Positions 13,246-27,156 of a DNA stretch of 64,000 nucleotides are shown piece by piece. Numbering within the stretch: position 1 is the stretch's first letter; every line of letters starts with the position of its first letter. Origin of the DNA: Guillardia theta CCMP2712 (taxonomy: Eukaryota > Protista > Cryptophyta); contig NW_005434591.1 of NCBI RefSeq assembly GCF_000315625.1, forward strand, positions 315,086-379,085. Direction: 5' to 3'. The position numbers and the translations under genes were made by a program. The notes under the pieces were generated by a model. That model was not told the DNA's origin and ran no database searches. It saw only the letters and a program-made list of their open reading frames with translations.

Positions 13246-16200
13246 TCAAGTCTTGCAGAACTCCTCGCACATGTCTGAGCATGAAGAGTTTGTCGTTTCA
13301 ACGGGAGTAGGACATCTTGCCGAGCAGCATTCCATGCAGCTTCTATTGTCCCGCTGCTGCTCCTTCTCGCACTCATCGACGAAGGCTGGAGCGTCCACCA
13401 GCACGAACCCCAGCTCTGACGTAGCTGACTCGTTCCTCCCTCCTCCTCCTCCGCACTGCGTGACGAGTGAGATGGTCGTGAATCGTCGGAGCATGACGGG
13501 GAGGAGGCAGAGTAGCATGTGATCTGATACGATCGAGCTGTTGGCGCACTCCAGCCTCCTGTGAGCATCGATGGCGATGCTGAAGGGGAGCGGGGAGGAG
13601 GAGAAGCCTTGCCCGAGAAGAGTCAGAGTCTGTCCTCCTTTGCAGGACGGCCTGGAAGGCGTCAGGTGGAGGAGAGCAGGAGCGTACAGGTAGCGCTTCC
13701 TGAACGTCCTCGACAGTCCGTCGATGCTGATGCTCACATCCGCTAACCCGATCTCCCCAGCAGGAGCCCGGCAGGTCAGGATGGTCTCCCCCGACGCCCT
13801 GACTTGCTTCACCTCCACCTGAACACACGCCTTCCCTCCCACCTCCACCCGAATGTTCTCCTGCTCCCCGTCCAAGTTCTTCCCGAAGATGCTGATCTCC
13901 TGTCCTCGTCCTCCCATGGCAGCGCAAGGCCTCACCTTGCTGAGGATCGGGACTGCCCCTGACCCCGACGAGCCGCGGAGGACGGCGAGCGCCAGGTCCC
14001 CGTCCCTTCCCTTCCTCGCCGCTCCCTCCGCGCTGTCCCATCGGAGGGAGAACCGGGAGGAGAGGTAGTTTCCCACCAGGTCCACGTCTCTTGGCCGCAG
14101 GCATCCCATGTAGTCCTTGCTGGCTGCTGTCCCCGACGAGCATCGGTACAGCAGCATCTCCAGCACCTCCCCCTGCCACCCCCTCCTCCCTGCCGCAGCC
14201 CCTCCCTCCTCCACCTGCTCCCCAGCAGCGCCCAGGAACAAGTTCGACAGGACGAGGTCTGACAAGTTCCTGCTGGGCACCTGCAGGACGAGGTTCTGGG
14301 GCCGAAGCCCACCGACGTACTTGTAGTAGAAGCCCCTGCTGCCGTCCAGCACCTGCACCTCCACTTGCCAGCTCTCCCCCACCGTCACCTCCTGCTCCCA
14401 CGGGTCAGCGATAGCTCGCGTGCTCACCAGCCCCTACCGACGACACGACGGCCCTCACGCACCGGTCGAGGTTCCCGGGCGTCGAGCCGTCCAGCTCGAC
14501 TCCAGCTCCCGAGCTCTCCGTCAGGCACTTGCAGCTTCCCTTCCTCGCGACAAGCTGGGGAGCAGCTGAGTATCCGAACCCGGAGTCAACCACCTTCACG
14601 TGCGAGCTGGCGGTCACAGAGGAGGAGAGGAGGAGGAGGCGCATGCCCTGCCCGTGCCCCCCGACCCCGAACAGCTCCTCCCCCTCCCGGCATCCCACCA
14701 GCCGCCCAGGCCCCACGTCGACGCCGACGACGCGGGTGACGGACTGCTGGGACGTCACGCGGCGATGGGAGGAGAGGGAGAGGAGGAGGAGGCGAGCTGA
14801 GGTGCCGACCAGCCTCGCTCCATGCGCGATCTTGGGGACCATGACAGCTTCTCTAAGGGAAGAGCCGCAGGAGAGGGAGGGAGGGTGCTGGAACGAGTAG
14901 CCCTTCCCGTGATCCAGGATGCGAACGCTTGCGACGGCTCCGTCGTCGTCAACCTCACAGGTCGCCTCCAGCCCCTTCCCCGTGCAAGGAGCCTCGCACA
15001 CAATCCTCATCCTCCCTTGCGCGTGTCCCATCCCTCCGTCCACAACCTCGACGGACGTGACTGTACCTTCCATCTTCCTCTCGCTGCCCTCGTAGACAAT
15101 CTCCACCTCCACCGCCTCGTCGCATCCCCTCCCGTGCGACTTGGCGTCCAAGAAGAAAACCTCAACCACCTTCCCCTGGTCGTTCACCCGCGTCCTCCCC
15201 GCCAGCCCTTCCCCCCTCGACCCCTCCACCAGCCTCACCTCTCCCTCCACGTAGTTGACCCCTCCCTCCACCACCTCCATCGTCGTCACGCTCCCGAGCT
15301 GCGAGGTCGTGGAGCACTCGGAGACGTCGATCGTTCTTCCCCCACAGTCAGGCGGGTAGCGGATGGCGAGCTCGAGGTTCCGGTCAGTCGTCAGCGCCTC
15401 CTCCTCCACCACCTCGACGCTCGCGATGCCTCCGCCCTCGTTGCACGAGTAGCTTCCTCTCACTCCCGCGGCAGTCAGGAAGGAGCCCGAGGGGAGGAAG
15501 CCCTCTCCTGCCCTCACCACCTCCACCCGCCGCATGGAGGGGTCTGACATGCTGACCTCGTGATAGAGCGCGAGCTGAGAGCCGTTGGCGGGCGACATGG
15601 TGGCGTCAATGCCGGCATGCAGGAAGTCGACTGTGCGGGAGGAGGCGCTGAAGGAGAGCAGGGAGCTGGGCTCGTAGATGAAGTAGGAGTCGACCCCAGG
15701 TGTGACGTCGGCCGAAAGTTGCTGGTCGAGAGTTGCCAGTCTACCGTTGACGAGGCTGCTGTGAGGAGAGGCCCCGTAGTGAGAGACGCGACGAGTCTCG
15801 CCGTTGATGAGGAGCGTCTTGCCGGCGATGCTGCCAGCGAGTAGAGGAGAGGACGCGCTCAGAGTCAGGTAGCGCCTCCCGTGCGACACCGTCCGGATCA
15901 CGAACTGACGGCCCTGCACGCTTGTCTCCTCGGGAAGACTTTGATTCAGTGTGACCGTCCCGTCCTCCTGCTGCTCTGTCACGGTTCTTGCGATGCGCTC
16001 GCCTCCTCCCAGCAAGATCTCCAGCACCATCCCGTTCAGCTCGTCTCCTCGCAACTTCTTCTCGAGCTGCAGCTTTAAGGTTGTGCTTCCCGCTTCCTCC
16101 TGCTGCAGGGTTCCTCGCAGCACTGTCTCGTGCTCTAGCACTCCCCTCGTCACTGGAGGGCGAGAGGGTTTGGTGACAGCAAAGAGGCAGAAGCTCGAGC

Positions 16201-17518
16201 GAGCATCGTCGGCGATGTCGTTGGCGTCAGAGGACGGCAGCTGCGTCTGCTCTCTGCTCCTCCTCCCTTCCTCCCATGGCTCATCCCCAACTTTGACGTC
16301 TCGCCTTCTCCTGTCGGCCTCCGAGAAATTCAGGAGGAAGCAGGAGGAGCTACCGGACATAGCGACGGAGAGCAGGAGGGAGTCTGGTCGCAGCAGAGAG
16401 TTGTTCGACACGAGCAACGTTGGCGGCTCCTCGAGCGTCCTGAACCGAGTTGACTCGTCCACCGGCCGGGAAACTTCCTCTACTATCGCCCAGCCCTCCT
16501 CTTCGTAGTGCACTACACGGCTCTCTTCCCAGTACCCCTCCCTCTCGAAGCTGATCCCTCGCCCCAGCACCTCCTCCTGCGTCCTCGCGCCGGGCTGGTG
16601 GATCTGAACCCGGAAGCGAGAGGTGACGTTAGGAGCACGGAGCACTCGCCCTGCAGAGGAGGGAAAGCTCAGGACCCGAGCTGCCGTCACAGTGAAAATC
16701 TTGTACGTCTCCTCCTGCTCGATCTCAAACTCGAAGGCCGAGGACAGGGAGAGTTTGTGCTCGCTCCTGCTGTACCTCACGATCGGTCGAGTGCTCTCTC
16801 GGACCTGCACACTCAACCCTACCAGGCTCTCCTCCTTCACCGGCAGACGTTCGCGAAGGATGAGATCGACTTGAGCCATGGCACTTGCTATCCTCCCAGC
16901 GAACAAGACATGGTAGGAAGCGCTTGTCCACTGCTTCAAGACTTGTTTCTCGGACACGGAGAACTCGCTATCAGAGGGCTTGTTCTTGTACTTGTTCTTT
17001 GACTTGTTCTTTGACTTGTTCCGATGGAATAAGTTGAATCTCTCGGTGATGGAGTATCCGTGCATGATCTTGTATCGAGTCACGTTGGCTTGCAGAGCTT
17101 CTGCAGCGAGGAAGGGCGAGTCGACCCAGACCTCTGCATCCCCGTCGTCCTGTACCTGCCGCTGACTCAGTCCCAGACCTCTAGCACAAGCGCTTCTCAC
17201 ATCCCCATCGCCATTGGCGTCACCTGTGTAGGCGGTTATGACCCTGCTCTCCCCTCCGATGATGATGGTGGCGCCCAGGTAAGCGTTCACGCTCCTCTCT
17301 GCCCTGCTGTCGAGCACGAGGCTCGTGGGCGATCGGATCCAAAGGATTTTCCCGCTTACAACCTGCATGGAGGGAGAAGGCTTGAGCCAGGCGGCGAGAG
17401 AGCAGGAGACGGAAGCATCGTAGAAGTCTCTCCTCGGGTCTCCATACTCCGTCATGATGCCCGCGCGGCTCCATGGCACGAGCAGCGCGAGCAGCGCGAG
17501 GGAGCGCCATGAAAGCAT
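13246..17518 (-). CDS. Large secreted protein with V-x-V-x-x-GGxGY beta repeats and C-terminal IPT/TIG domains
   Basis: Signal peptide MLSWRSLALLALLVPWSRAG. Repeats VEVVDGGMGH, VRILDHGKGY, VKVVDSGFGY, MEVVEGGVNY. IPT-like GGQEISIFGKNL and GGQTLTLLGQGF. A short GT-AG intron at about 14392-14427 joins the two long ORFs. Confidence 0.75.
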
Positions 17519-17679
17519 CCGGATCCGAAGGATGGAAGAATTCAACGACTCGTCAAACTAGTCAAAATCGAGTATGTGGGAGAGAGGGAGAGGGGGAGGG
17601 CCAGGGGTACCTATGCGAGAGGAGAGGGTCGTGGGAAGGGCAGAAACAGGACGAGAGAAGGACTAGAACAGACAGATGG

Positions 17680-17870
17680 GATAGAGAGAGAGGAGGATAG
17701 AGAGAGAGGAGGATAGAGAGAGAGGAGGATAGAGAGAGAGGAGGATAGAGAGAGAGGAGGATAGAGAGAGAGGAGGATAGAGAGAAGGAGAGGATAGAGA
17801 GAGAGGAGGATAGAGAGAGAGGAGGATAGAGAGAGAGGAGGATAGAGAGAAGGAGAGGATAGAGAGAAGG
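17680..17870 (+). repeat. About 14-bp purine-rich minisatellite (ATAGAGAGAGAGGAGG-like)
   Basis: Direct reading. Confidence 0.9.
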
Positions 17871-18214
17871 GAGGGGGGGGGGCTGGGGGGATTGAGAGTT
17901 GGAGATAGAAGGTGCAGTGAAGAGGGCAGAGCTTGCAAGAAATCTTGAATGGATGGAGAGATGATGGAATTTCAACACTGAGACTTTCTTGAATGTTCAT
18001 TACTCTGTCGCTATTTCAACAGGGGAAAAGTACACGTGGGACGCTGAGGTAGCCTCATTATGACAAGAGGAGCAGACCCGGATTGAGAAAGGAGGAGATC
18101 AAGTATCCCATGTGAACACCCTCGCTCTTTTCTCGTCTCTCCCTCACGTCTTCACTTGCAACATCGTCCATGATTGTATTAGAAGCCGCTATCGCGCCAT
18201 CAAGGGATTTCGTT

Positions 18215-19637
18215 TCACTTGCCTCCTCGCAAAGCTGCCAGTCGTCGTTCCAGTTCGTCCAAGGGCGGAGGGTCTTCTGTAGTTGACCCACCTGAGAGAG
18301 GATCAGGTAAGAAACAAACAGCAGGCGCGTCATGCTTGCCTTCTGTCTCGTCCAGATCAGGAGCGGACGGAGAGAAGGTCGGGGGCACGATCTGTCCCTT
18401 CACATGCTGCTTCGGATCCGGATCGCAATGGTGCTGGCAGGGCTGGTCGTAGGGAGGAGGAGGAGGAGGAGGAAGGCCCGGCTCTGCCTCTTTGGCCATC
18501 CCGTGACCGCAATGTGTACAAACGCCTCCGGCGGTTTGAGTATTGGGTGGAGGCCTGGACTGATTCCATCCATCCACCGCAGCTTTCACGTTCCCCTCCT
18601 CCCCGGATGCCCCACCGCTGACCTCATCGGCAGAGGGCACTGACGGCACGTACCCTTGAACCTGGAGGGGCGAGAAGACGGCAGGACATGTAAGTAAGGT
18701 GTTGAGTGAGCAGGTAGATCACAAGATAACCTCGAGCGGCAGCGATTCGTCGGTCCAGTTGATGTTGTACTGCTTCGCCACGGAAGAGAGAACATTGCTG
18801 AAGGAGCAGCCACACGATCATGATGGTCAGTGATGATCCCTTGCAGTACAAGCGAGCAGTACCTGACTTCTTGCTCTGTGGGACGTTTGTAACTCAAAAG
18901 ATGTACGATTCGAATGTTTCGCCCTTCATTCTGAGGATCATCCACCTAGCATGGGGTCACACCAGTGCAATCGCGCATGTTGTGGTTGATGACCACCTTC
19001 ATGGCCTCTTCGATTGCTTTGCGTCCGTATCTTGAAATGAATTGTTCCTTGACTTTTATCAATTCCTTGACATCCTCTCCAAGCCTGCAAATTAGAAGGA
19101 AAGGTTAACATCACGAGATTTCAAGTAGGAGCATCGATCTCTTGCCTTGGTGCCGCCCATATGAGTGTGAGAACCATTTCTTTGACGTCATCAGAAAGGC
19201 TTTTGAGCCATTCAGTTCGAGCAGGAGATAAAGCTTTCAACACTCACTGCTTTTCGCTCTCAACTAGTTGAAACCTCGCAAGCAACAGTTCACACTGCGA
19301 CATCAGCCTATCCAAACCATCCGCATAAGCCTCTTCCCGCACAACCTAGAGAAAATTCACGTTCTGACCACTTTGGGTCAAAGATTTGCAGAAGGTTTAC
19401 ATTCTCCGCTTGAATACGTGCTTGCTCTTCTTTGTTTTGAAGCAGCAGATCTTTTATTCTTCGTTTAGCTCCGTCAATGTATTGCAGCTTCTTGTTCCGC
19501 ACAAGCCTTTCGACACAAAGTCAAGAGCAGACACGCATGGATGATCGTCAATCAACTCACTGCATGCGCTGTATGGACAACTTGATGTTCGCTTTTGTTT
19601 TGGACTTGTCGAACCCGGAAAACAGAGAACCAATCAT
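18215..19637 (-). CDS. IST1: IST1 homolog (ESCRT-III-associated Vps4 regulator), multi-exon
   Basis: N-terminal FDKSKTKANIKLSIQRM..RNKK..RRIKDLLLQNKEEQARIQAE, later IVHLLSYKRPT, and C-terminal MIM-like LDELERRLAALRGGK. Confidence 0.88.
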
Positions 19638-20774
19638 TATCTCAAGCCTAACATACTGGTGAATTCATTCCCACTCAACCAAAACAACAAGAAGATGTCA
19701 TGACGACAAGTGCCATGATGAAGGAGGGAAACACAAGAATGATAAGAGACAAGAAAGAACGGCCAGGTCGATGCTACGGAAGAGATTTCGCCATAATGAA
19801 CTCAGTTTTGTGAATTCAAACTTCCTCAAGATTCTTGCTTTCTACAGCTCATGCATTCTTGGTCTTTCCCCGTAATCACGCCCTCCTTACACCCCCTTCC
19901 TTTCTCCCCTCTCCTCCGGGTTCGCTTCCTTCTTCGCTAATCTGCCATGAATTTGTTTAGAGAGGTTTTCGCACGGTTTTGAGGTCTTATTTCCAGCCTG
20001 TTTTCAACATTTTGTCCTTCATAATTTGAAAATTTAAGATCACAAATCCAACTTTTCCACCAAGAGCCTGTCAAATTCTGAAGAGCAATCCAGGTGTAGC
20101 ACAATTGTAACGGTTATTACTGTAACGATCTGAACGTTGTTCCGTAACGAACAAGGGTACCCGCCAGGGTGGGACCACACGCCTCGGGAAGGGGGTCATT
20201 CACAGTAGGATGTGGGGGTGGGGGTAAGGATCCTCCAAGGGTAGGTGGTGATTTGACATGATCATGAGGGGTGGTGCCTTGAAGTCGTGAATGGGTGGGT
20301 AGTATTATTTTCAAGAATTCACCACGGGTGGTATCAAGATGGGTGTAGTGTCACTATGAAGGATAGGGGTACTCTAGGTAGGTAAGGGTAGTTGTAATTG
20401 GGGTGGGAAAATTTTGAGGGGTGGGTGCTTCAAACCTCGCCGACATGGCGAACGGTAAGCTATGATGGAGGAGGCGAGGAGGAGAATGGGATGAAGAAGA
20501 AAGATCCAGCAGTGGTAGGAAGCGAATAATCACTGAGGTGGAAACGGATAGAAAGGTTAGGACAGATAGACGACGCTCTGATGTAGACTCATACGTGTCT
20601 ATATGAGAGATTCAAGTTCGTATATGAGAAAATTTTGGGGATTGCACTGGAAAGGATTCGAAGTATGAAGATAAAAAGATAGCTGTGAAACTTACGAATA
20701 TGTTCTCCTCATAGAAACACCTTCAGTCTCCATAATTTTGCCAAGTCTCACAACACTCATTGGGATTTGCACAG

Positions 20775-21996
20775 GTGTCCAAGAATTTTCAGCTCAAGCT
20801 GACCCACAGCGTTCCTGGACGTTGCAGGAGGAGAACGACTGGTTGCGAGCAGTAATATTCTGCATTTTCAATATTGAAGAGCAAAGATCCGCTCATGTTT
20901 TCGGTTTTATCCCAGGTTCTTCGGCTAGCAGAGGCGCATATCAAGCATGAGAAGGAGGAGCTGAAGTCTCTCAGAGTGAGGACTCTTGAAGAGGGGGTTT
21001 CATCTTACGCGCATGCAAGGTCGTCTTTGATAGGAGCAAGCAAGATGCTGAGCAGCATTACTTGGCATTGGAGGCAAGAGTTCGCGCAGCAGGTGTGTGA
21101 TGTAGTTCTACACGATTTCTCGAGTGTTGTTGGTTTGACTACACGTAATTGTTTTCCCTCTTCATTCGAACACCTTTGACCTTGTCAATTTTGTTTTTCA
21201 TCTTATCTGAACATGATTCTCCTACAGAGAAAGATAAGCAGGATTTTGAATTGAGGATCTTCCGGGAAAGAGAACAGGTAACAAGTGACTTGACTAAAAC
21301 CACCATATCACAAAGGATGTGACATCTCGAAATCAGATTAGAAGTTTGGAGGCTTCGCTGAATGATCTCAGGGCAAGGAGCGTCAGGACTCAGGTTGCCT
21401 CTACCGACGAGTGACTTGTTTGAGCTAACTTGTGCGATAGGAACTTGTACAGAAAGCGTACTCGGATGAGCAGGGTTTCCTTGAGAACGTTAGGAAGCTC
21501 AAAGCTTCCTTTGCAGGTCCTTGTTGTGCATTACACTGATCAATATCGCTCACACATTGCCTACAGGCGAAAAAGCGCGTTTGGAACAAGAAGTGTCTAG
21601 AGTTCGGGCTTCTTTGATGCAGGCAGATTTGATTTCTTCTTGTACGACCCCTCATTCATCAAGTGCAGGAGAGGCAGATGAGGGAGGAGGCAGTCCAGCG
21701 TGAGAGTGCGACTCTTGCCAGGTCCAGCTTGCAGAGGTGGAGATTGTTCCTGACACTGCAGTTGCAGATACAGAGCGACAGAGAGTCAGAATCGTATGTC
21801 CGCAAGCTATCAACCTGCGCTTTCATCCAGCTTCTCGGGACAACCCACTCTCTCCTCGAGCCTCTCTGGACAGGTGAATTTCAAACAGGTTTTGGTTGAC
21901 CTTCTCCCTAACCTGAGTTTCGCAAGCCTTCTTATTATGCGGCGGGTGCACTTCGATCCGAGCATCTGTACATGTGATCAACACGGCACTGCATGA
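20775..21996 (+). CDS. Hypothetical coiled-coil protein, multi-exon, start uncertain
   Basis: Spliceable exons LRLAEAHIKHEKEELKSLR, EKARLEQEVSRVRASLMQ, ERQMREEAVQRESATLARSSLQ. Confidence 0.5.
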
Positions 21997-22084
21997 AAAG
22001 TTGAAGTTTGCCAGTGCTTTTTCAGTTGTGAGCAAATGTCAATTGGGTGGGAGTGAGAACTAAAAGGTTGAACCGAATTTAAAA

Positions 22085-23040
22085 GCCGAAGCCTGTCACG
22101 TGTGGCACTTCGAATTCAGGACTACGTGGCCGGGCCGCGTAGCCCTGTAGTCAAGTTTCGAGGCTTACTCGGAACTTCGGAACTTAGTTCCGGCGTCACT
22201 GAGAGTCACTGAGTCACCTGCCGCCACGCGGCCCCCCGTCCCGTTGACTGACTGACTCAGTGAGCTCGTGGATGATTGGGCGGGCGGGCGACAACTTGCC
22301 ACTCCGGGAGCCTGCCCGGCCGCACCGGATGATCCACCGTATCCGTTGATTCACCCTCCTTATGATGCCAGACCGCGAGTGACCGTCATGCTGAGTCCGA
22401 TCACCTCCGAGGCAGCACTGGGGCACCCGGCGCACTTGCCAAGGGCACAGCTTTCAGTACGGTAAGGGGTAGGGTCATGATAAGGTACCCGGCTCTAGAA
22501 GGGGTCAAGTGGGTCAAGAGACGGGGTCATGGAAGTGACAAGTTACCATGTTGGTAATAACCCGGTGACCCGTGGTAGGGGGTAAAGAAGGGGTGTATAT
22601 CCCTGGCATATGGGCTCGTGATAGGAGGTAGGGGTCCTTGAGGCAGAGCAAAGACGTGGGTGGGTTGTGCGGGGATGTGGGGATAGGGTTCAAAGGTCGT
22701 CGGAGCAGAGGAAAAATGCTGGGATGAAAGCATGGCGACGATGAGAAGAGGAATGAAGAGAGAAGATGAGTGAGGAAGAGGAATGAAGAGAGAAGATGAG
22801 TGAGGAAGAGGAATGAAGAGAGAAGATGAGACTAGAGAAGAGGAATTGATACTAGAAAGAAGAGAAGAGATATGGGAAGATGAATGATGGGAAGAGAGAA
22901 ATGAAAAGAAAGAAATTGACGCCACAAACGAAGAAAGAAGAACGAAAAGAGAGAAAGGGAGAAAGAGAGTAGACTTGGGCGATGGCAGAGATCTACAATC
23001 AGAAACTTTGATGAACGAGAATGAATAGAGGAGCATGCAG
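22085..23040 (+). promoter_or_regulatory. GC/TGACTCA island, GGGTA tract and GA-rich tract (including a 30-bp repeat x3 at 22743-22830) upstream of the PDZ-kinase gene
   Basis: Same ordered composition as upstream of PCNA, in mirror orientation. Confidence 0.4.
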
Positions 23041-23259
23041 GAAACTGCGACTTGGGCAGCAGGTACAGATTCTTGCTTGCAATCAGATCATTAAATTTCG
23101 ACAAGGACAGACTGTACTTCAGCGTGATATGAGACTTGAAGTATGTTGACCTATTCTTCTGATTGATCTCTTGCGTTTGAAAGGAGGTGGGTGGAAGAAG
23201 AAGTTCGACCTCTGAGCTCGCTTGCCGTACGCTGCAAGGCCATGACAGTGTCAACAGGC

Positions 23260-26200
23260 ATCACATCTTGTGATTGATTGAACCTGACATTTGGTCTGAT
23301 CTAGCTTATATGCAATCTCAGTATCCCTTTGTGGGTATTGGTTGTGTAGTCGACAGAGACAACTATGGCAATGCAGTTGTGTCGGAGTTGATACAGGTGA
23401 GAGGCAGGAAGAGGTTTTTTTTGGTTCCTCCTCACTCCAAGTCAGGGCGGCCCTGCGGCGCTGAGTGGGCAGATCAATGCGGGTGACATCATCACAAGCA
23501 TTGATGGGCAGGCGGTGGCCTCGATCAGGCCCGACAACCTTCCCAACTGGATGCTGGGAGAGTCTGGAACCATGATCAGTCTTGGTATCAAGAGCTTCAA
23601 CTCGTCTCACTCGCGCATAGTCAAGTTGATCAGACAGCCCATTCAGGAATCCGGAAGGTCCTTCGCCTCTTTCAACCAGAATCTCGTCGGCATCGGGGCT
23701 GTCCTTGCATCGGACATCTACGGCAACCTGGTCGTCGCTCGGCTTCTCTATGGGGGTGCAGCAGCGTATTGCAAGCCCAACGATCTGTTTGGAGAAGACA
23801 AGCTGAAGAAAAACGACATTGTGGTCGCGATTGATGGAAGAGACGTGCGAGGACTGCAGCCCATCGATGTCCGCCCGATGCTGCTGGGTCCGGTGGGGAC
23901 GAATGTCACGCTCCTGATCAAGAGGGCCAAGTATGAGCAGGCAGTGGAGATTGTGTTGCGAAGGCGCCCGCAGGTGATGCAGACTGAGGTGGTTCCGGTG
24001 ATAGCGAACCAAGAGACTCTGAGGAAATCTGTCGCAAACATCCCGCACTCCCCCCCAAGGAAAGCTCAAGCTGTCGTTCCCAAGGAGCCTCCTCGCAACA
24101 TTCACCCGTTCCCACAACAAGCGGTTGGCGCCCCTGTGCCGGATCAGCAGTTTCAGGTCATGCAGGAAGTCCCTCGGATGGAAGCGTTTGAGGATCAGCG
24201 AGGCAAGATGGTGAAGGTTGGTGTAGGCCTTGTGCTGAGGGAGAGAGCTGATGGGAGCCATACGGTCAAACGTCTCAAGCCAGGACAAGCAGCTGCACAT
24301 TGCGGTCAGATCGAGCCTGGAGATCTCCTGACCCATGTAGATTCCCTGGACATTGCCAAGGGAGCTCCTTCATCGCTGCTTGCAGATCTGATTGCTGGCC
24401 CCCAAGGCAGCGTCGTGAACCTCACGTTCGAGAAGCCCGATGGAAGCAGGATCAGCATCAACCTTCTGAGAGGATCAGCCGATTATATCGCCGAAGTTCT
24501 TCGTCGAGAAGCCTCCAATAATGGGAGCGTGAATCAGTCTCCTCGTCTCGACAGTGGCAGGCAGGGGATGGAAGACATCCTTGCTGGAGCCGTCGGGGTC
24601 AGTTTGTCCCTAGATGAAGATTACGATACTCTCGTCACATCTCCCGAGCGCTTGCAAAGCTTCAACATCGAGTTCAAGTCGGATGTCGCCAACTCACTGA
24701 CGGTACACCCACGACGCATCCAGCTTGTCGGCCTGCAGCGCTCGCAAGGGATCATCGTTGACCTCAACATCCTTGTCGACGACGAGGATCAGCGGACGCC
24801 GCAGCATCTCGCGGCTGAATTGGCGGCTCAGGTCGCCGACGCCAAGAGTCCGCTCAGGAACGCTAGCAGCACTGGGCTGGTGCGGCGGGCGGATGTGCAT
24901 GTTGGACCCGTCTCTCCTCCCCCTAACGCTGCTGTTGTGTCGTCCCCGATTGTCAGTCAGAGTAACATGAAAGGAGTGGGGCTGGTGCTGCGCGAGAACG
25001 AGAACCGGCAGCAGGTGGTCCGCCGGCTGCTGCCTGATCAGGCAGCAGCCCAGAGCGGAATGATCCGCGCCGGAGACGTTTTGACGCATGTCAACGGCAT
25101 CCTAGTTCAAGATGTCCCCGTGTCAAGTCTGATCCTCGGGCCCGAGGGCACGACCGTCTTCCTACGGTTTGTGAGGCCGGAAGAGGACGGCATCACCTAC
25201 GACGTCGAGCTCATGCGAGGGACCCCACCCCACATGAACGGGGAAAGTTCGACAATGGAGAGTGTGAATGGCCTGAGGAAAGCTATGGCGCAGAAGGAGG
25301 CGAGGACTGGTGAGGGTACCAGCAAGGTCGGGCCCATGGCGCAGGCGGTCCCGCGAGTGATAGAGAAGCAGAGCAATTTCGAATCCGGAGTGACCAAGGA
25401 GGGAGTTCAGATCACTATCTCCCTCAAGAGCGACCCGCAACGATCTTGCGACGTCACGCTGCCTCAGACTTGGCCCGAGTTCCTGACCATCTCCTCGAAG
25501 CTGCTCAACACAGGTGAAGTGACTCGGGTATTCTCCATGGATGGAGTTCCGATCCTCGGGCTCCAGGACATCAACGCTGGAGACAGCCTCCTCATTCACT
25601 CGGCAGCGAAGGGACAGTTCGAGTCATGGTCATACGGGCTGGTGGTGAAGCGAAGGTACCTCCTGCGGGAGAAGTTGGGAGAGGGAGGGTTAGGAGTTGT
25701 CTGGTTAGCGATGGATAGCATAACAGGATTCGATGTCATCCTGAACGAGGAGGGAGATCAGAACGCGCTGGTAGTTCGCGATGCGATACTGATGGAAAAG
25801 GGCGTGGGGGCTGAGAGTGACAGGAGGAGGTTGCGAGAGGAGCGTTTCCTGCGCGAGATCAGCATCGTTGAGAACCTCAGGGATAAGCATGTCTGTGCAG
25901 CACTCGACCACGGGCTGCAGCAAGGAAGGATGTTTGTCGTGCTCGAATTCCTGCAGGGCCAGTCGCTTTCAGAGGCTCTCGCTGCTAAGGCTGTTCAGGT
26001 GACTCGCTACTGCGCCTGTCAATCTGCCCAGCTAATTAGGAGCAGGGAGAGGTGCTGACAGTCCAGCAAGTGCATCGTCTCGCTATTGAGCTGCTCCTGG
26101 GCCTGGAAATGGCCCACGAGAATGGCCTGCAGCACCTCAACGTCAACCCCGCAAACGTCTTCATCTCCAGCGACGGTCCAGCTCAGGCCGGGCTAGCGCG

Positions 26201-26972
26201 TCCACCTGACAATCACGCGCAGGTGTGAAGCTGCTGGGGCTCGGACTTGCCCTGTGGGAGCCAGAGATGATCCGAGACTCCTCCCTCCGCCTTCCGACAA
26301 AGGTGAACTGTTGAAGAGGCAGGAAGAGAAGGAGAGGGAAGGGGAGGAAGAGAAGAGGAAGGATGACGAACAAGAAGCAGAGGAGGGAGAGGGGGATTAG
26401 GAGGGGAAGCAGGAGAGGAGGAAGGGGGGGGGGGGGTGAGTTTAACGTAGCAGCAGGCGATGCCGCAGTACATGTCGCCCGAGCAGATCTCCGGGCACCT
26501 GACGGACCAGCGGTCGGACATCTTCTCTGTTGGGGTTCTCCTCTTCCAGTGCATATGCGGCAAGCTTCCCTTCAACGGCTCTGGTTTCGTCCAGATCGCC
26601 GAGTCCATCACCCAACATCAGATCGCAGATATCAAAGTCAGGCCTTCCCTCCCTCCCCCGATCTCCCCTTGAGCCTCTCCTGTCCTCTCCTGTCCTCTCC
26701 TCCTCTTTTCTTTTCATCCCTTCTCTCTTCTCCCCCCTCCTGACTTGGACCTCTGCCTCTCTGACCTCCTGATGAACCAGGAGTTCACAAGCTTTCCTGT
26801 CAGCCCCGATCTCAACCTCTGTGTGCTCAAGGCCCTCGCCAAGAACCCCGAGCAGAGGTCTACCCCTATGCCCGTCATCGTCTCGCTCAAAGTTACTTGC
26901 AGGTACAAGACGGTGAGGGAGATGCGAGAGGAGCTAGAGCGGATCGACCTTGAAGCAACCGCGATGATGTAG
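23260..26972 (+). CDS. Multi-PDZ protein with a KHA/DCX-like domain and a C-terminal Pkn-type Ser/Thr (pseudo)kinase; 5' end uncertain
   Basis: Four PDZ-like units (GIG/GVGLVL..GPxGTxV). RVFSMDGVPILGLQDINAGDSLLI. Kinase segments LGEGGLGVVW, HLNVNPANVF, PQYMSPEQ, RSDIFSVGVLLFQCICGKLPF, KALAKNPEQR. Confidence 0.85.
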
Positions 26973-27156
26973 TACTGACGACATCAACCAGCGATGTTGC
27001 GCTTGAAGCACTAGCACACATTTTTTGAATTTCTCCCTCAGTATTTCAAAGCTTCTTTTTCACTCCTTTACTTCTCAATCGACCTCAGTGCCCTCTTCCT
27101 CTGATCAGGGTCTCCTCCTCTCCTGCTCGTTTCCTTTATCCCTGTCTCGTCTTGTC

